Positions 10,979-20,842 of a stretch of DNA of 64,000 bases are shown piece after piece. The stretch is taken from positions 13,311 to 77,310 of the forward strand of contig JBBQHB010000005.1 of assembly GCA_038323575.1 (NCBI GenBank). Direction: 5' to 3'. Made by a program: the position numbers and the translations under genes. The stretch comes from Bacteroidales bacterium (GTDB lineage: Bacteria; Bacteroidota; Bacteroidia; Bacteroidales; Prolixibacteraceae). The number at the start of each line of letters is the position of its first letter. Positions within the stretch are counted from its first letter, which is position 1. The notes under the pieces were generated by a model, which had not been told where the DNA came from, made no database searches, and saw only the letters and a list, made by a program, of their open reading frames with translations.

Positions 10979-12157
10979 ATGGCAAACACAAATTTTAACC
11001 GCAGGAATTTTTTGTTTTTAGGCGCCACGGCAACTGTAGGCCTGACCGCCCAAGCCCTTCAGGCTTTGCCTGCAAAAAAGGACAAAGAGAAGAAGAAAAA
11101 GAAGATAATTTACAGGACACTTGGAAAGACCGGAATTGAGGTTCCTATTGTCAGCATGGGCGTGATGCGTGCAGATAATCCCAATATCCTCAAAGCTGCC
11201 TATGAAATAGGTATCCGGCATTTTGACACAGCCAGCGGGTACCAGGACGGCCGGAATGAAGAGATGGTCGGCCAGTACTTCAAAGATATTCCAAGGAATG
11301 AAGTAATAATTTCGACCAAGATACATCCTCCGAAGGAGGGTCTGTCAACAGAACAATTTCTTGCAAAATTTGATGAGAGCCTTAAAAGACTGCAGATGAG
11401 TTATGTTGATATCCTGTACCTGCACGTATGCAATGACAGGGCCTATACCCTGGATCCAAGGTACACCGAAGCACTGAGAAGAGCCAAGGAGAGCGGGAAA
11501 ACCAGATTTATCGGCTGCTCCACCCATACCAACATGCCTGAAGTAATCAATGCCGCCGTCGACAGCAAATTGTATGATATTGTCCTCACTGCCTATAATT
11601 TCCGTTTGAAAGACGATGCTGAATTGCAAAAAGCGTTGCAAAGGGCCAATGATGCCGGATTGGGGATCGTCGGAATGAAAAATATGGCAGGAGGCTTTTT
11701 GGATAAGGAGAAGAAAAATCCAGTCAATTGCAAGGCTGCACTAAAATGGGCCCTGTCTAATCCATTGGTTCATACCTGTATTCCTGGATTGACAAACTTT
11801 GAAATGGTAAAAGAGAACTGGGAAGTTGCCCAAAACCATGATCTTGATGAAAAAGAAAAAGGTGATTTGCAGTTGGCCTTGAACGAAACAGGTCTTTATT
11901 GCCATGGATGCCTTACTTGTTCGGGTCAGTGCCCCCAAAATCTTCCGATTCCGGACCTGATGCGTTCTTATATGTACAATTACGGATATTCCTATCCTGC
12001 CAAGGCACAATCGACAGTGGCACAGTTAAACCTTTCTGCCAATCCATGCGAAAATTGTCCGGGTTGTTCAGTAAACTGTCCCAACGGTTTTGACGTAAGG
12101 GAACGGATTACCGATATTGCACGTATCAAACTGGTACCTGCAAATTTTTTAGTATGA
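10979..12157 (+). CDS. TAT-exported aldo/keto reductase with C-terminal 2x[4Fe-4S] ferredoxin-like domain
   Basis: ATG at 10979 gives a twin-arginine signal (NFNRRNFLFLGA). The AKR core includes IRHFDTASGYQDGRNEE. Two CxxCxxCxxxCP motifs are present (CHGCLTCSGQCP, CENCPGCSVNCP). Confidence 0.8.
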   Translation: MANTNFNRRNFLFLGATATVGLTAQALQALPAKKDKEKKKKKIIYRTLGKTGIEVPIVSMGVMRADNPNILKAAYEIGIRHFDTASGYQDGRNEEMVGQYFKDIPRNEVIISTKIHPPKEGLSTEQFLAKFDESLKRLQMSYVDILYLHVCNDRAYTLDPRYTEALRRAKESGKTRFIGCSTHTNMPEVINAAVDSKLYDIVLTAYNFRLKDDAELQKALQRANDAGLGIVGMKNMAGGFLDKEKKNPVNCKAALKWALSNPLVHTCIPGLTNFEMVKENWEVAQNHDLDEKEKGDLQLALNETGLYCHGCLTCSGQCPQNLPIPDLMRSYMYNYGYSYPAKAQSTVAQLNLSANPCENCPGCSVNCPNGFDVRERITDIARIKLVPANFLV

Positions 12158-12993
12158 AACAAGCATTGTTTTTAATTCTTTTGTTTTTCTCGCTCCGGGC
12201 CCGGTCGCAAGAGGTTGTTTTTCCCAAGTTAACAGCCTGGAATACAGATGGGAAAGTGTTGAGTTTCAACAAGGAAAATTTGTATGAACACATTGACGGT
12301 GCCGCTGAATTTTACCTGAGCTACGGATTTGAGACTTTACAGGTTGCCAGTTGGAGCAACGACGGTGCGGAGCTGACCATCGAGGTATACGATCATGCCG
12401 ATCCGCTGTATGCCTACGGAATCTACAGCATTGAAAAGTCAGCCAAGGCAGTGATTGTGCCGGTTGGTCTGGAAGGGTATGGTGATGCTGCAACATTCAA
12501 TTTCGTATCCGGGAAGTTCTATGTGAAGATGAACGGCACGCAACTTGAAAAAGTGCCGGGATTTTCGCTGAAGGTGATTGCTGAAGAGTTCTCGCGGACG
12601 TTGTCTGCCAAACCAGAATACCCAAAGTTGGTCGGGATGTTTCCGAAAGAAAATCAGTTACCCAATACTTGCCAGTATATTCCGACCGAATTCATGGGTC
12701 TTGGGTTTTTGGGATCGGCTCTGCGTGCAAAATACAGTCTAGACGGAGAGGAGATAACACTCTTTATCATTGAGCGTGCAGACCGGGGTGCAATTGAGCA
12801 GATCATTACCAAATATGCATCCTATGCCGATGCAAAATTGAAAAAACCGGCAGAGGGTGATTTTTTGTTCAAGGATCCATTCAACGGCATGGTTTGCCTG
12901 AGGTGGAAAGCCAATTACCTGATTGGCGCAAGCGGATTCTCTGACAAGAAAAAGGTTACACCGTTGTTCGATAAGGTTTCGAAATTACTATGA
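12154..12993 (+). CDS. Secreted hypothetical protein
   Basis: Signal peptide MKQALFLILLFFSLRARSQ. It has 4-nt ATGA overlaps with both neighbours (12154-12157 and 12990-12993), implying an operon. No family recognised. Confidence 0.6.
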   Translation: MKQALFLILLFFSLRARSQEVVFPKLTAWNTDGKVLSFNKENLYEHIDGAAEFYLSYGFETLQVASWSNDGAELTIEVYDHADPLYAYGIYSIEKSAKAVIVPVGLEGYGDAATFNFVSGKFYVKMNGTQLEKVPGFSLKVIAEEFSRTLSAKPEYPKLVGMFPKENQLPNTCQYIPTEFMGLGFLGSALRAKYSLDGEEITLFIIERADRGAIEQIITKYASYADAKLKKPAEGDFLFKDPFNGMVCLRWKANYLIGASGFSDKKKVTPLFDKVSKLL

Positions 12994-13682
12994 AAGACAA
13001 CAAGTTACCTAATGGCTTTGGTTCGCTCAAAGCCATTTTTTTTGATATGGATGGTGTGATCTACGATTCTATGGGTCATCATTCAGTGGCATGGCACAAG
13101 GCTTTCGCCGACCTCGGTCTGGATTTCCCGCTTGAGCAGGTTTATATGAACGAGGGTCGGACAGGATCTTCTACCATTCAGATGTTTTATAACGAAAATT
13201 TAGGCAGGGAAGCAACAGAGGCGGAGATACTGCACATCTATGCAAAAAAGAGTGAATACTTTGAGCTGATGCCAAAACCGGTTCCAATTAAAGGAATTTC
13301 CAAGTTAATGGAACGGATTATTAAAGAGAATTTAGCTATTTGGGTGGTTACCGGATCTGCCCAGGAGCAGCTGCTGGATGGTTTATGCATTGATTTTTTT
13401 GGCTATATCCAAAGGGAAAAGATCGTCTCGGCGAACCATGTAAAATTTGGAAAACCGAATCCTGAGCCCTATCTGATGGCGCTCAAAAAATCGGGATTTA
13501 CTGCGGATGAAGTTGCGGTAATAGAAAATGCACCTTTGGGAGTCCAGTCTGCAAAGGCGGCAGGTATTTACACCATTGGCATCAATACCGGGATACTTGC
13601 GGATGAGATCTTGTGGAATTCCGGCGCTGATGTGGTGGTAAAAGAGGTGCATCAACTGGAGAAACTGATATTCCCCAACTGA
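12990..13682 (+). CDS. HAD-superfamily hydrolase (beta-phosphoglucomutase-like subfamily)
   Basis: HAD motif I FFDMDGVIYDS, motif II VVTGS and a KFGKPNPEPY lysine motif. Confidence 0.8.
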   Translation: MKDNKLPNGFGSLKAIFFDMDGVIYDSMGHHSVAWHKAFADLGLDFPLEQVYMNEGRTGSSTIQMFYNENLGREATEAEILHIYAKKSEYFELMPKPVPIKGISKLMERIIKENLAIWVVTGSAQEQLLDGLCIDFFGYIQREKIVSANHVKFGKPNPEPYLMALKKSGFTADEVAVIENAPLGVQSAKAAGIYTIGINTGILADEILWNSGADVVVKEVHQLEKLIFPN

Positions 13683-13706
13683 TGCACCTCTTAGTGGTTG
13701 TTCTTT

Positions 13707-15254
13707 CTATTTCAACTCTTCCAGCATCGCTTTTATATTACGATGTATCGTGGGAGCCGTTTCAGGTCCCAGTGAATTGACTTCTCCATAGGGACTACCG
13801 GCTTTACCGTAAGTGAAAGGAGCTTTTTCATCCCACTGGCTTTTGGGTATGATGTACCCGATTTCATCGTTGGCAAGACCGAACATGAATTTATATTTAC
13901 CTGGCATAAGATCCCTGATGGAGGGAACTTCGACGGGTGCTATGGCAAAATCCTGACCGGCAGGTGATTCAACTCCGCCGTTTAAGATTTCAGGATACAA
14001 CTCTCCGGGAATTGTCACAATGGTGATGGGCCCGATTTTGATCACTGAAAGTTCCGATTTCATGTTCATCCATCCGGTCATTCCCCTTTTCATGAGTCCG
14101 GTCATGGCAGCGATTTTGAACAGGGTATTTTTAAGTGGTATAGGCAGTGTTTTTGCAATTATTGAGATAGATGCCGAATCGATAATCTCTTCAGGTTTCT
14201 CCATGGCATTCAACGCCAGGCTGGCCACTGCTTTGCCTTCTGCTGCGGCTTTCTCAAATGTAGGCGCTTTGAATTCTTCCCCGGAGAATGGATCTTTTAC
14301 GGTAAGACTGGGATGAGTGGTCATCAGACCGCCGACGCACGCGCTGACATATACAGCAACGCCTCCGACACCGGCTTTCATCAGGCTGTCTTTGTTGTAA
14401 ACACCTTTTTCTATGCCTTCACGCACATAATGGGGAAAGTCGGAAGTCAGCAAGAGGTTGTCACTCCAGAGTGTTTCAGGATGATTGCCCCAGGATATCA
14501 GTGTTCCCAATGTATTGTTGGTTTCTTTGTCCAAAACCTGGATCATGCGCAGGCCTGAATCAAAGACTTCCGGCTTCCTGGTATCCTTAACAAGAGGAAT
14601 TGCTCCGGTCAGATCCTGTGAAACTGAAAAGCGTGCAGGCCGCAGGTTTTTTGCCGCAGTATCGATTGCCTTTGCAGCCTGGTTCTTGACATATTCCATG
14701 TGGGCAGCGTTGACGCCGGTATTTAGCGGATTTTTCCCCCAAAGGCCAAGGAGATCTGGCCCTTCGTGGGTATGGGTGGAGGTAACAATGGCGTAGGTGA
14801 TCCCTGATTCTTTGGAGATCTTGCCCCGCAGATCGATCACATCGTTGTTCATAAAGCCTATGGCATCAAGTACTACGATTGCCAGACGGGTTTTGCCGTC
14901 ATCTATTACCATGGCTCTTGCCCATACATCATCGTGAATTCCGTTGGCAGGTTTGTTGTTTCCAAAACCAGCAATCCATACCGGATCGAATTTGCCGTTT
15001 CCATTGCCATCTGTGAATGTCTCCCCCTTGTCGAATTTGGCATTTTTATTTTTATCGTCCCAGCGGTCCGGAACCGACGGAGTAATTGGCAAAGCGCAGA
15101 ACCCGGCTGAAAGCTGCGAGGAAGGATTGTTCAGGATTTTCAGGTCCACTTTGTAATCCGGTTGCTTGTCCCTGAGGTTATTACCGAACCAAAAGGATAA
15201 AGCAATAATCAGCAGCAATACGATCAAGCCTAAATACTTGAAAAATTTCTTCAT
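13707..15254 (-). CDS. Neutral/alkaline ceramidase-like exported hydrolase
   Basis: N-terminal membrane anchor or signal. The region GIHDDVWARAMVIDDG...VTSTHTHEGPD resembles the N-terminal domain of neutral ceramidases. Assignment is by recollection of the family motif only. Confidence 0.55.
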   Translation of the reverse strand: MKKFFKYLGLIVLLLIIALSFWFGNNLRDKQPDYKVDLKILNNPSSQLSAGFCALPITPSVPDRWDDKNKNAKFDKGETFTDGNGNGKFDPVWIAGFGNNKPANGIHDDVWARAMVIDDGKTRLAIVVLDAIGFMNNDVIDLRGKISKESGITYAIVTSTHTHEGPDLLGLWGKNPLNTGVNAAHMEYVKNQAAKAIDTAAKNLRPARFSVSQDLTGAIPLVKDTRKPEVFDSGLRMIQVLDKETNNTLGTLISWGNHPETLWSDNLLLTSDFPHYVREGIEKGVYNKDSLMKAGVGGVAVYVSACVGGLMTTHPSLTVKDPFSGEEFKAPTFEKAAAEGKAVASLALNAMEKPEEIIDSASISIIAKTLPIPLKNTLFKIAAMTGLMKRGMTGWMNMKSELSVIKIGPITIVTIPGELYPEILNGGVESPAGQDFAIAPVEVPSIRDLMPGKYKFMFGLANDEIGYIIPKSQWDEKAPFTYGKAGSPYGEVNSLGPETAPTIHRNIKAMLEELK

Positions 15255-15412
15255 GTTAATGAGTTTTAGTGATTTGAATTTAACAGCAGTAAAGTATAGA
15301 CCCCAAATATATAGAGAGAAAATTACTTAAAAAAATTGTGTAACAATAATTGGGTACGTTCGTCTTATAGGTAGCGTAAATTTTTAGAAGACAGATTAAA
15401 CAGAATTGGTTC

Positions 15413-15449
15413 AAAGCTGCTTCCTTTCGGGGGAGCAGCTTTTGTTGTT
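15413..15449 (+). terminator. Intrinsic-terminator-like hairpin with U-tract, not preceded by a plus-strand gene
   Basis: 12-bp stem AAAGCTGCTTCC (15413-15424) pairs with GGGAGCAGCTTT (15431-15442). The loop is TTTCGG and the trailing sequence is TGTTGTT. Confidence 0.4.
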
Positions 15450-15508
15450 AAGGAGAAAAATAAAAGCTATTTTTACAATTCAACAAAATTCAAGAAAAAA
15501 ATATAGCC

Positions 15509-16381
15509 ATGACGAACAGAAGAGATTTTTTTAAAACCACTTCTCTGGTAGTTGCAGGAAGTGTAATCGGTGCCAATCTGGTATCAGCCGCCATCCCGGC
15601 AGCAAAAAAGAAAAAAAAGATAGGGCTGCAGCTATATTCCCTGCGTGATGATATGGGAAAAGACGCGGCAGGAACCCTTAAAAAAGTAGCCGAGATGGGC
15701 TATTATTCCCTGGAAACGGCTTCGTACGGAGATGGTAAGATCTATGGAATGCTGCCGGATGAATTTACAAAGCGCGTCAAAGACTTGGGTATGAAGCTTA
15801 GCAGCTGCCACCTCGGCGGGCCAAACTATACCAAAGAAACACATGACGCTGCGATGGAATGGTGGAAAAAGGCCATTGAAGACCATGCCAAAACCGGTAT
15901 GAAATTCATGATAAAACCTGGTGGATTGAAATGGCCGGATACCTTGGAAGCCTTGAAAATTCAGATGGATTATTTCAATGCCGTTGGGGAATTAACGGCT
16001 GCTTCAGGTATGCAATTTGGCTGGCATAACCACAACCACGAGTTTACCAAAATCGAAGATAAAGTGATCTTCGATTTCATGCTCGAAAATACAGATCCCA
16101 AGCTGGTGACTTTTGAGATGGATGTATATTGGGTGATGAAGGGTGGCTGCTCGCCGGTTGATTACATGAAAAAATACCCGAAACGGTTCCAACTTTTACA
16201 TATTAAAGATGAAAAGGAGATTGGTGATAGCGGTCAGCTCGATTTCAAATCAATTTTCGAAGAAGGTTATTCAATTGGTATGAAGGATTATTTTGTTGAG
16301 GTGGAGCGTTACAACTTTGAGCCTCTTGTCAGCGTCCAGAAGAGCTACGACTTTTTGGCCGCAGCTTCCTATGTGAAATGA
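15509..16381 (+). CDS. TAT-exported sugar phosphate isomerase/epimerase (xylose-isomerase-like TIM barrel)
   Basis: Twin-arginine signal MTNRRDFFKTT, then GLQLYSLRD...HNHNHEF...LHIKD, typical of the AP-endonuclease-2/xylose-isomerase-like TIM barrel family. Confidence 0.8.
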   Translation: MTNRRDFFKTTSLVVAGSVIGANLVSAAIPAAKKKKKIGLQLYSLRDDMGKDAAGTLKKVAEMGYYSLETASYGDGKIYGMLPDEFTKRVKDLGMKLSSCHLGGPNYTKETHDAAMEWWKKAIEDHAKTGMKFMIKPGGLKWPDTLEALKIQMDYFNAVGELTAASGMQFGWHNHNHEFTKIEDKVIFDFMLENTDPKLVTFEMDVYWVMKGGCSPVDYMKKYPKRFQLLHIKDEKEIGDSGQLDFKSIFEEGYSIGMKDYFVEVERYNFEPLVSVQKSYDFLAAASYVK

Positions 16382-17508
16382 AAACAGCTGTTATATCCCT
16401 TATTTTTATTGGGGAGATGATGTTGGCCACCGTTTTACCCTTCTCCTGCATTGCCGCAGGGAAGGGTAAGGAGGTGGTTTTAAAGCTTATTCCAGGAAAC
16501 GATAATCCGAGAAACAGTGAAGGAGATTTTATCACACTGAAGGATAGCCGGATACTGTTTGTCTATACCCATTATACAGGCACTTCATCCAGTGACCATG
16601 CAACGGCTTACCTGGCCGGAAGATACTCATCCGATAAAGGCAAGACCTGGGACAAGGAAGACCACCTTGTCCTGGAGAACGAGGGTAAGATGAACGTTAT
16701 GTCTGTCTCACTGCTTAGGTTGAAGAATGGGGATATCGCACTATTTTACCTGCGGAAGAATTCAGTTGCCGATTGTATCCCGATGCTGCGGCTTTCGAAA
16801 GATGAAGCCAAAACCTGGAGCGACCCGGTTCTCTGTATCAAAGACCGGGATGGTTATTTTGTACTGAACAATCACCGGGTCATTCAATTAAATAGCGGCA
16901 GATTACTGATGGCGGTGGCCTACCACGGAAATATTGCCAGTGACCGTAAAAACCGGTTGGGTAGCGCTTGGAGTTACTATTCAGATGACAATGGGATCAA
17001 CTGGAAACCCGGTAATGAAGCGGCAAATCCGGATAGTGTAGTGATTCAGGAGCCCGGAGTGACAGAGCTGAAAAATGGCCGGATCATGATGTGGATGAGA
17101 ACCAATGCCGGGGTTCAGTACCAGGCGTTTTCGAATGACGGGGGAGTGAACTGGAGTTCCGCCCGAAGGAGTAACATCCCTTCTCCGCTTTCTCCTGCCT
17201 CCATTGACCGGATTCCAAAAACCGGAGATTTGTTGCTGGTATGGAACAACAATGATCAAACTGATCAGGCAACCAAAGGGAAACGCACCCCGCAGACCAT
17301 TGCCATTTCAAAAGATGAAGGAAAAACCTGGGATAAAATCCAAAATATAGAATCTGATCCGGATGGATGGTACTGCTATACTGCAGTCCATTTTACCAGA
17401 CGTTTTGTACTTCTGGGATACTGTGCCGGAAGTCAGCAAAAAAAGACCCATCTCTCTGAAACCGATCTTGTCAGGATCAGGCTGTCAAAGATTTACGGGG
17501 CAAAATAA
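16378..17508 (+). CDS. BNR-repeat sialidase-like (exo-alpha-sialidase family) protein
   Basis: Five Asp-box/BNR motifs: SSDKGKTW, SKDEAKTW, SDDNGINW, SNDGGVNW, SKDEGKTW. Has a 4-nt overlap with the upstream gene. Confidence 0.75.
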   Translation: MKTAVISLIFIGEMMLATVLPFSCIAAGKGKEVVLKLIPGNDNPRNSEGDFITLKDSRILFVYTHYTGTSSSDHATAYLAGRYSSDKGKTWDKEDHLVLENEGKMNVMSVSLLRLKNGDIALFYLRKNSVADCIPMLRLSKDEAKTWSDPVLCIKDRDGYFVLNNHRVIQLNSGRLLMAVAYHGNIASDRKNRLGSAWSYYSDDNGINWKPGNEAANPDSVVIQEPGVTELKNGRIMMWMRTNAGVQYQAFSNDGGVNWSSARRSNIPSPLSPASIDRIPKTGDLLLVWNNNDQTDQATKGKRTPQTIAISKDEGKTWDKIQNIESDPDGWYCYTAVHFTRRFVLLGYCAGSQQKKTHLSETDLVRIRLSKIYGAK

Positions 17509-17519
17509 GAAGAACGGTA

Positions 17520-18527
17520 ATGAATAGTTTACAGCGGACAATGGATTTTTTGGAAGGAAGAGCGGTGGACCGTCCGCCGTTTCATCCCATTCTGATGCGC
17601 TTTGCTGCCAGATATTGTGGCGTGAACTACCGTGATTTCTGTCTTAATTACCTGGATAAATGTGCTGTGAACCTGCGATGTGCTGAAGATTTTTCTTACG
17701 ACTGGGTCAATGTGATGTCTGATCCTTATGCCGAAGCATCATCTTTCGGGACCAGGATCAGTTATCCGTTAAATACCCTGCCAATAGTAGATTCACTGCT
17801 AATCAATGATATAAATGACATTGGCAAGCTGAAACCGATCAAAGTGAATGAACATTCCCGTCTGGTTGCCCGGATAGAGGAGATCAAACAATACCGGAAA
17901 CTTGTTGGTGATACCCAGTTCATCAGCGGATGGATAGAGGGCCCTTTGGCTGAATACTGCGATTTGCGTGATGTTTCTGCTGCCTGTCTTGATTTTTATG
18001 AGCATCCTTTGGAATTGAAGCGGGCGTTAGATCTTATCACAGACAGTGCAATGGACTTTTTGGAAGCACAGGTCAAAGCGGGAGCCCATTGCATCGGGAT
18101 TGGAGATGCCGTATGTTCACTGATATCGCCCGACCTTTACCTTGAATATATTTTTCCATTGGAGAAGGCGCTGGTCGACCGTGCGCATCAACTTGGGGCC
18201 AAAGTAAAACTGCACATCTGCGGCAATACCACTGCAATCCTGCCGGATATGATCCGAACCGGCGCCGATATTATCGACATTGATCACCTGGTGGAAAGAA
18301 TGGAGGACTTAATTCCGCTTTTGTCTGTTAATCAGGTTGTTTCAGGCAATAGTGATCCTGTTTCAGTTGTTCAGAATGGTTCCCGGGAGCAATTGGAAGC
18401 TAATGTTGAGCGTTGTTTTCACCTCACTGCTGGCAGGGGGATTGTTTCTGCGGGTTGTGAAATTACTCCCGGTACCACAGTTGACAGGATGATGGACTAT
18501 TCAGCAATCGCCCGAAGATTGAAATAG
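17520..18527 (+). CDS. Uroporphyrinogen decarboxylase (URO-D) family protein, MtaA/CmuA-like
   Basis: 335 aa. N-terminal GRAVDRPPFHPILMRFAA and a central LHICGNT motif are typical of URO-D-fold methyltransferase/decarboxylase proteins. Confidence 0.7.
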   Translation: MNSLQRTMDFLEGRAVDRPPFHPILMRFAARYCGVNYRDFCLNYLDKCAVNLRCAEDFSYDWVNVMSDPYAEASSFGTRISYPLNTLPIVDSLLINDINDIGKLKPIKVNEHSRLVARIEEIKQYRKLVGDTQFISGWIEGPLAEYCDLRDVSAACLDFYEHPLELKRALDLITDSAMDFLEAQVKAGAHCIGIGDAVCSLISPDLYLEYIFPLEKALVDRAHQLGAKVKLHICGNTTAILPDMIRTGADIIDIDHLVERMEDLIPLLSVNQVVSGNSDPVSVVQNGSREQLEANVERCFHLTAGRGIVSAGCEITPGTTVDRMMDYSAIARRLK

Positions 18528-18541
18528 AAAAGTGCCCAATT

Positions 18542-19438
18542 CTATTCAACCCCTTTGGTTTTCATTTTTAGGATATAAACAGACGTTCTTGCTGTAATAA
18601 AGAGAACATCTCTCTTTTTACCACCGAAACAGAGATTGGATGGCTGTTCGGGTACCTCAATCCGGGCTATGTTTTCACCCTTGGTATTATAAACAGATAC
18701 AGATTTGTTGGTCAGGTACACATTACCACGATTATCGATTGTCATACCATCAGATCCTTCCGGTGCAAATAATGTTTTATTTACCAGAGATCCATCAGAA
18801 TTAATGGTGTATTTCCAAATTTTTTTATCGTTGATATCGCTTACATACAGGGTTTTGCCGTCGGGAGTGCCGACTAAACCGTTTGGTTGTTTAAAGTCAT
18901 TTATAACACGGATTACCTTTCCTTCAGGACTCATGTAGTAGACTCCGCGGGTATCCTGGGTTTCCTTGTGACCGCTCTCCCAGTAATCACGATGGTAATA
19001 CGGATCTGAGTAATAAATCCCTCCAGTGGGAGTGATCCAGAGATCGTTGGGGCCATTCAGGTGGGTACCGCCGAAATTTTCTGCCACAGTTTGAATTTTT
19101 TTATCCATGGTGATGGCAACAAGCCGGTTGTGCAGATCGGCACAGGTAACCAGTTCTCCTTTCTTGTTGAAATAGGTTCCATTAGATCTTTCGCAGGATT
19201 GCATAAAATTGGTGATGGAACCATCCTCACTCCAGACCTCAATTTTGTCGTTGGGCTGATCCGTAAAGAACACACGGCCATCCTGTGCAACAGAAGCGCC
19301 TTCGGTGAACTTGTATCCGCCACCTGCCTTGGTTGCTGTTGCACCTTTGGCAATCAGTTTATTTTTGGGATCGCGATCCCTTGAGTTTACAGTCAGGGTA
19401 AAGGCAATCAGGAGAAGTACGAAGCTAAATTTTTTCAT
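18542..19438 (-). CDS. SMP-30/gluconolactonase/LRE-like beta-propeller protein (exported)
   Basis: Start at the internal ATG 19438 (MKKFSFVLLLIAFTL signal). Has repeated propeller motifs (NGPNDLWI, PNGLVGTPDGKTLYVSD). ATGA overlap with the upstream membrane-protein gene. Confidence 0.75.
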   Translation of the reverse strand: MKKFSFVLLLIAFTLTVNSRDRDPKNKLIAKGATATKAGGGYKFTEGASVAQDGRVFFTDQPNDKIEVWSEDGSITNFMQSCERSNGTYFNKKGELVTCADLHNRLVAITMDKKIQTVAENFGGTHLNGPNDLWITPTGGIYYSDPYYHRDYWESGHKETQDTRGVYYMSPEGKVIRVINDFKQPNGLVGTPDGKTLYVSDINDKKIWKYTINSDGSLVNKTLFAPEGSDGMTIDNRGNVYLTNKSVSVYNTKGENIARIEVPEQPSNLCFGGKKRDVLFITARTSVYILKMKTKGVE

Positions 19439-20715
19439 GGTTGAAGCGGAAAACGTAGGTTTGCATTGGGAAATCCTGGGTGCACCATGTGCAGGATCAA
19501 CGAAAGTACAACAATTACTGTTATGGTCGAAATAAAATAGATCGTCCACCGGTCTTTCGGATAGAGGTCCCTGTCATATGGCACGGCAAAAGGAGATTCC
19601 GGCTTTTTGATCAGCAACAGGAAAACCAGCAAATTAAGAACATACAAAGGCTGTTCGGTCCTGAAATTTCCCATAAACAGTCCGGTAACGAGGTAACTCC
19701 AGATAATGTAAGTGCAAAATACACTCAGGAAAAGTGTCATGACTTCCTGTTGACCAAAACTGTTTTTCCTATTCAGTTTAAGCTTGATAACAAGATTCAT
19801 CAGAACCAGTATAAAAAGGGTAATTATCGTGAGAAAAAGTGCCCTTGATTCATCGTTTTGAATGAAACTGCTCTTTAACAGGTGACTTACCTGAAAGGCA
19901 TCCTTCCAAACAAGCAAAGGGACAATCAGTAAAATGACAAGGAGAGAGAAGTTGTTGACATATTTCTTCGGCTCTTCATTGTCTGAAGGCCACTTGGAGG
20001 TGAAGACCCCGTAAGCCATTCCGGAACCGCCCCAGAATCCTATGTTGTATTCCATTACATTCCACATGTTGAAATTGATTTCGAGGATTCTTCCCAGAGT
20101 TTGGAGAAAGTTTCCGAATGAAAATCCGAAACCGGCGCCCAGCATTGCATAGAAAGCGACGCGGAGAGCAGGGGTATATCCATTGCGGACCATGTGCCAA
20201 ACCATAGCTGCCCCTGCGCCAAAGCAGATGGCCCAGGCCTCCGACCGCGGTGGTGTCATCAGCAATTCGGCTTGTTCGATCAGGAAATAATAGCCGATCA
20301 ATCCGCCAGCAGACATTTCTGCCAACAGGGAGGCCCACTTTACCCGATTGGATGAAGTCGAATTCAGGCTCAATCCAACGAGGCCTCCGCCAATTAGCCC
20401 GAAAAGTCCGCCAATGACAAAAAGCGAAAGAAATCCATAGGTTGAGTTGAGCAGATCACCGGCCCGGCAATAGCCTACAACCATCCCGTAACTGATCATT
20501 CCGGTTGTGCCCCAGCCAATGGCGGCACTGGCAATGACCGGCAGCATTTTTTTATACCATTCTTCGCGTTTGGCAGCGAGTACCAAAGCGGCACCGCCGA
20601 TGATGCCTGCCATGGCAGCACCCGGTTCATGGCCAAATTGCCCACGGATGGCCCAGGCTGTACCAAAGGCGATTCCCACCAGCAGAATGGAGAAAAGTAA
20701 TTGATTTGTTTTCAT
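19435..20715 (-). CDS. Polytopic membrane protein, unknown function
   Basis: 426 aa, Gly/Ala/Phe-rich with at least 10 predicted hydrophobic helices. Translationally coupled to the SMP-30-like gene. Confidence 0.6.
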   Translation of the reverse strand: MKTNQLLFSILLVGIAFGTAWAIRGQFGHEPGAAMAGIIGGAALVLAAKREEWYKKMLPVIASAAIGWGTTGMISYGMVVGYCRAGDLLNSTYGFLSLFVIGGLFGLIGGGLVGLSLNSTSSNRVKWASLLAEMSAGGLIGYYFLIEQAELLMTPPRSEAWAICFGAGAAMVWHMVRNGYTPALRVAFYAMLGAGFGFSFGNFLQTLGRILEINFNMWNVMEYNIGFWGGSGMAYGVFTSKWPSDNEEPKKYVNNFSLLVILLIVPLLVWKDAFQVSHLLKSSFIQNDESRALFLTIITLFILVLMNLVIKLKLNRKNSFGQQEVMTLFLSVFCTYIIWSYLVTGLFMGNFRTEQPLYVLNLLVFLLLIKKPESPFAVPYDRDLYPKDRWTIYFISTITVIVVLSLILHMVHPGFPNANLRFPLQP

Positions 20716-20760
20716 GGTAATGAGTTAATAATAGTTGTTGAACAACCCAAAGCTAATAAA

Positions 20761-20779
20761 GAATTTTCGATTTTGGAAT
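20761..20779. repeat. Copy of dispersed motif GAATTTTCGATTTTGGAAT
   Basis: The same motif occurs tandemly at 42615-42647, and a 13-nt identical core at 21931-21943. Confidence 0.6.
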
Positions 20780-20781
20780 AC

Positions 20782-20842
20782 ACCACAATAGGCACATAGT
20801 TCACAATAGGTTCTAATGTGTTCTATTGTGTCTAATGTGGTT
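20782..20842. repeat. Imperfect palindrome built of ~10-nt-periodic CACA-core units
   Basis: Units ACCACAATAGG / CACATAGTT / CACAATAGG are followed by their approximate inverse (CTATTGTG, CTAATGTGGT). A perfect 8-bp hairpin forms between CACAATAG 20802-20809 and CTATTGTG 20823-20830. Confidence 0.55.
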
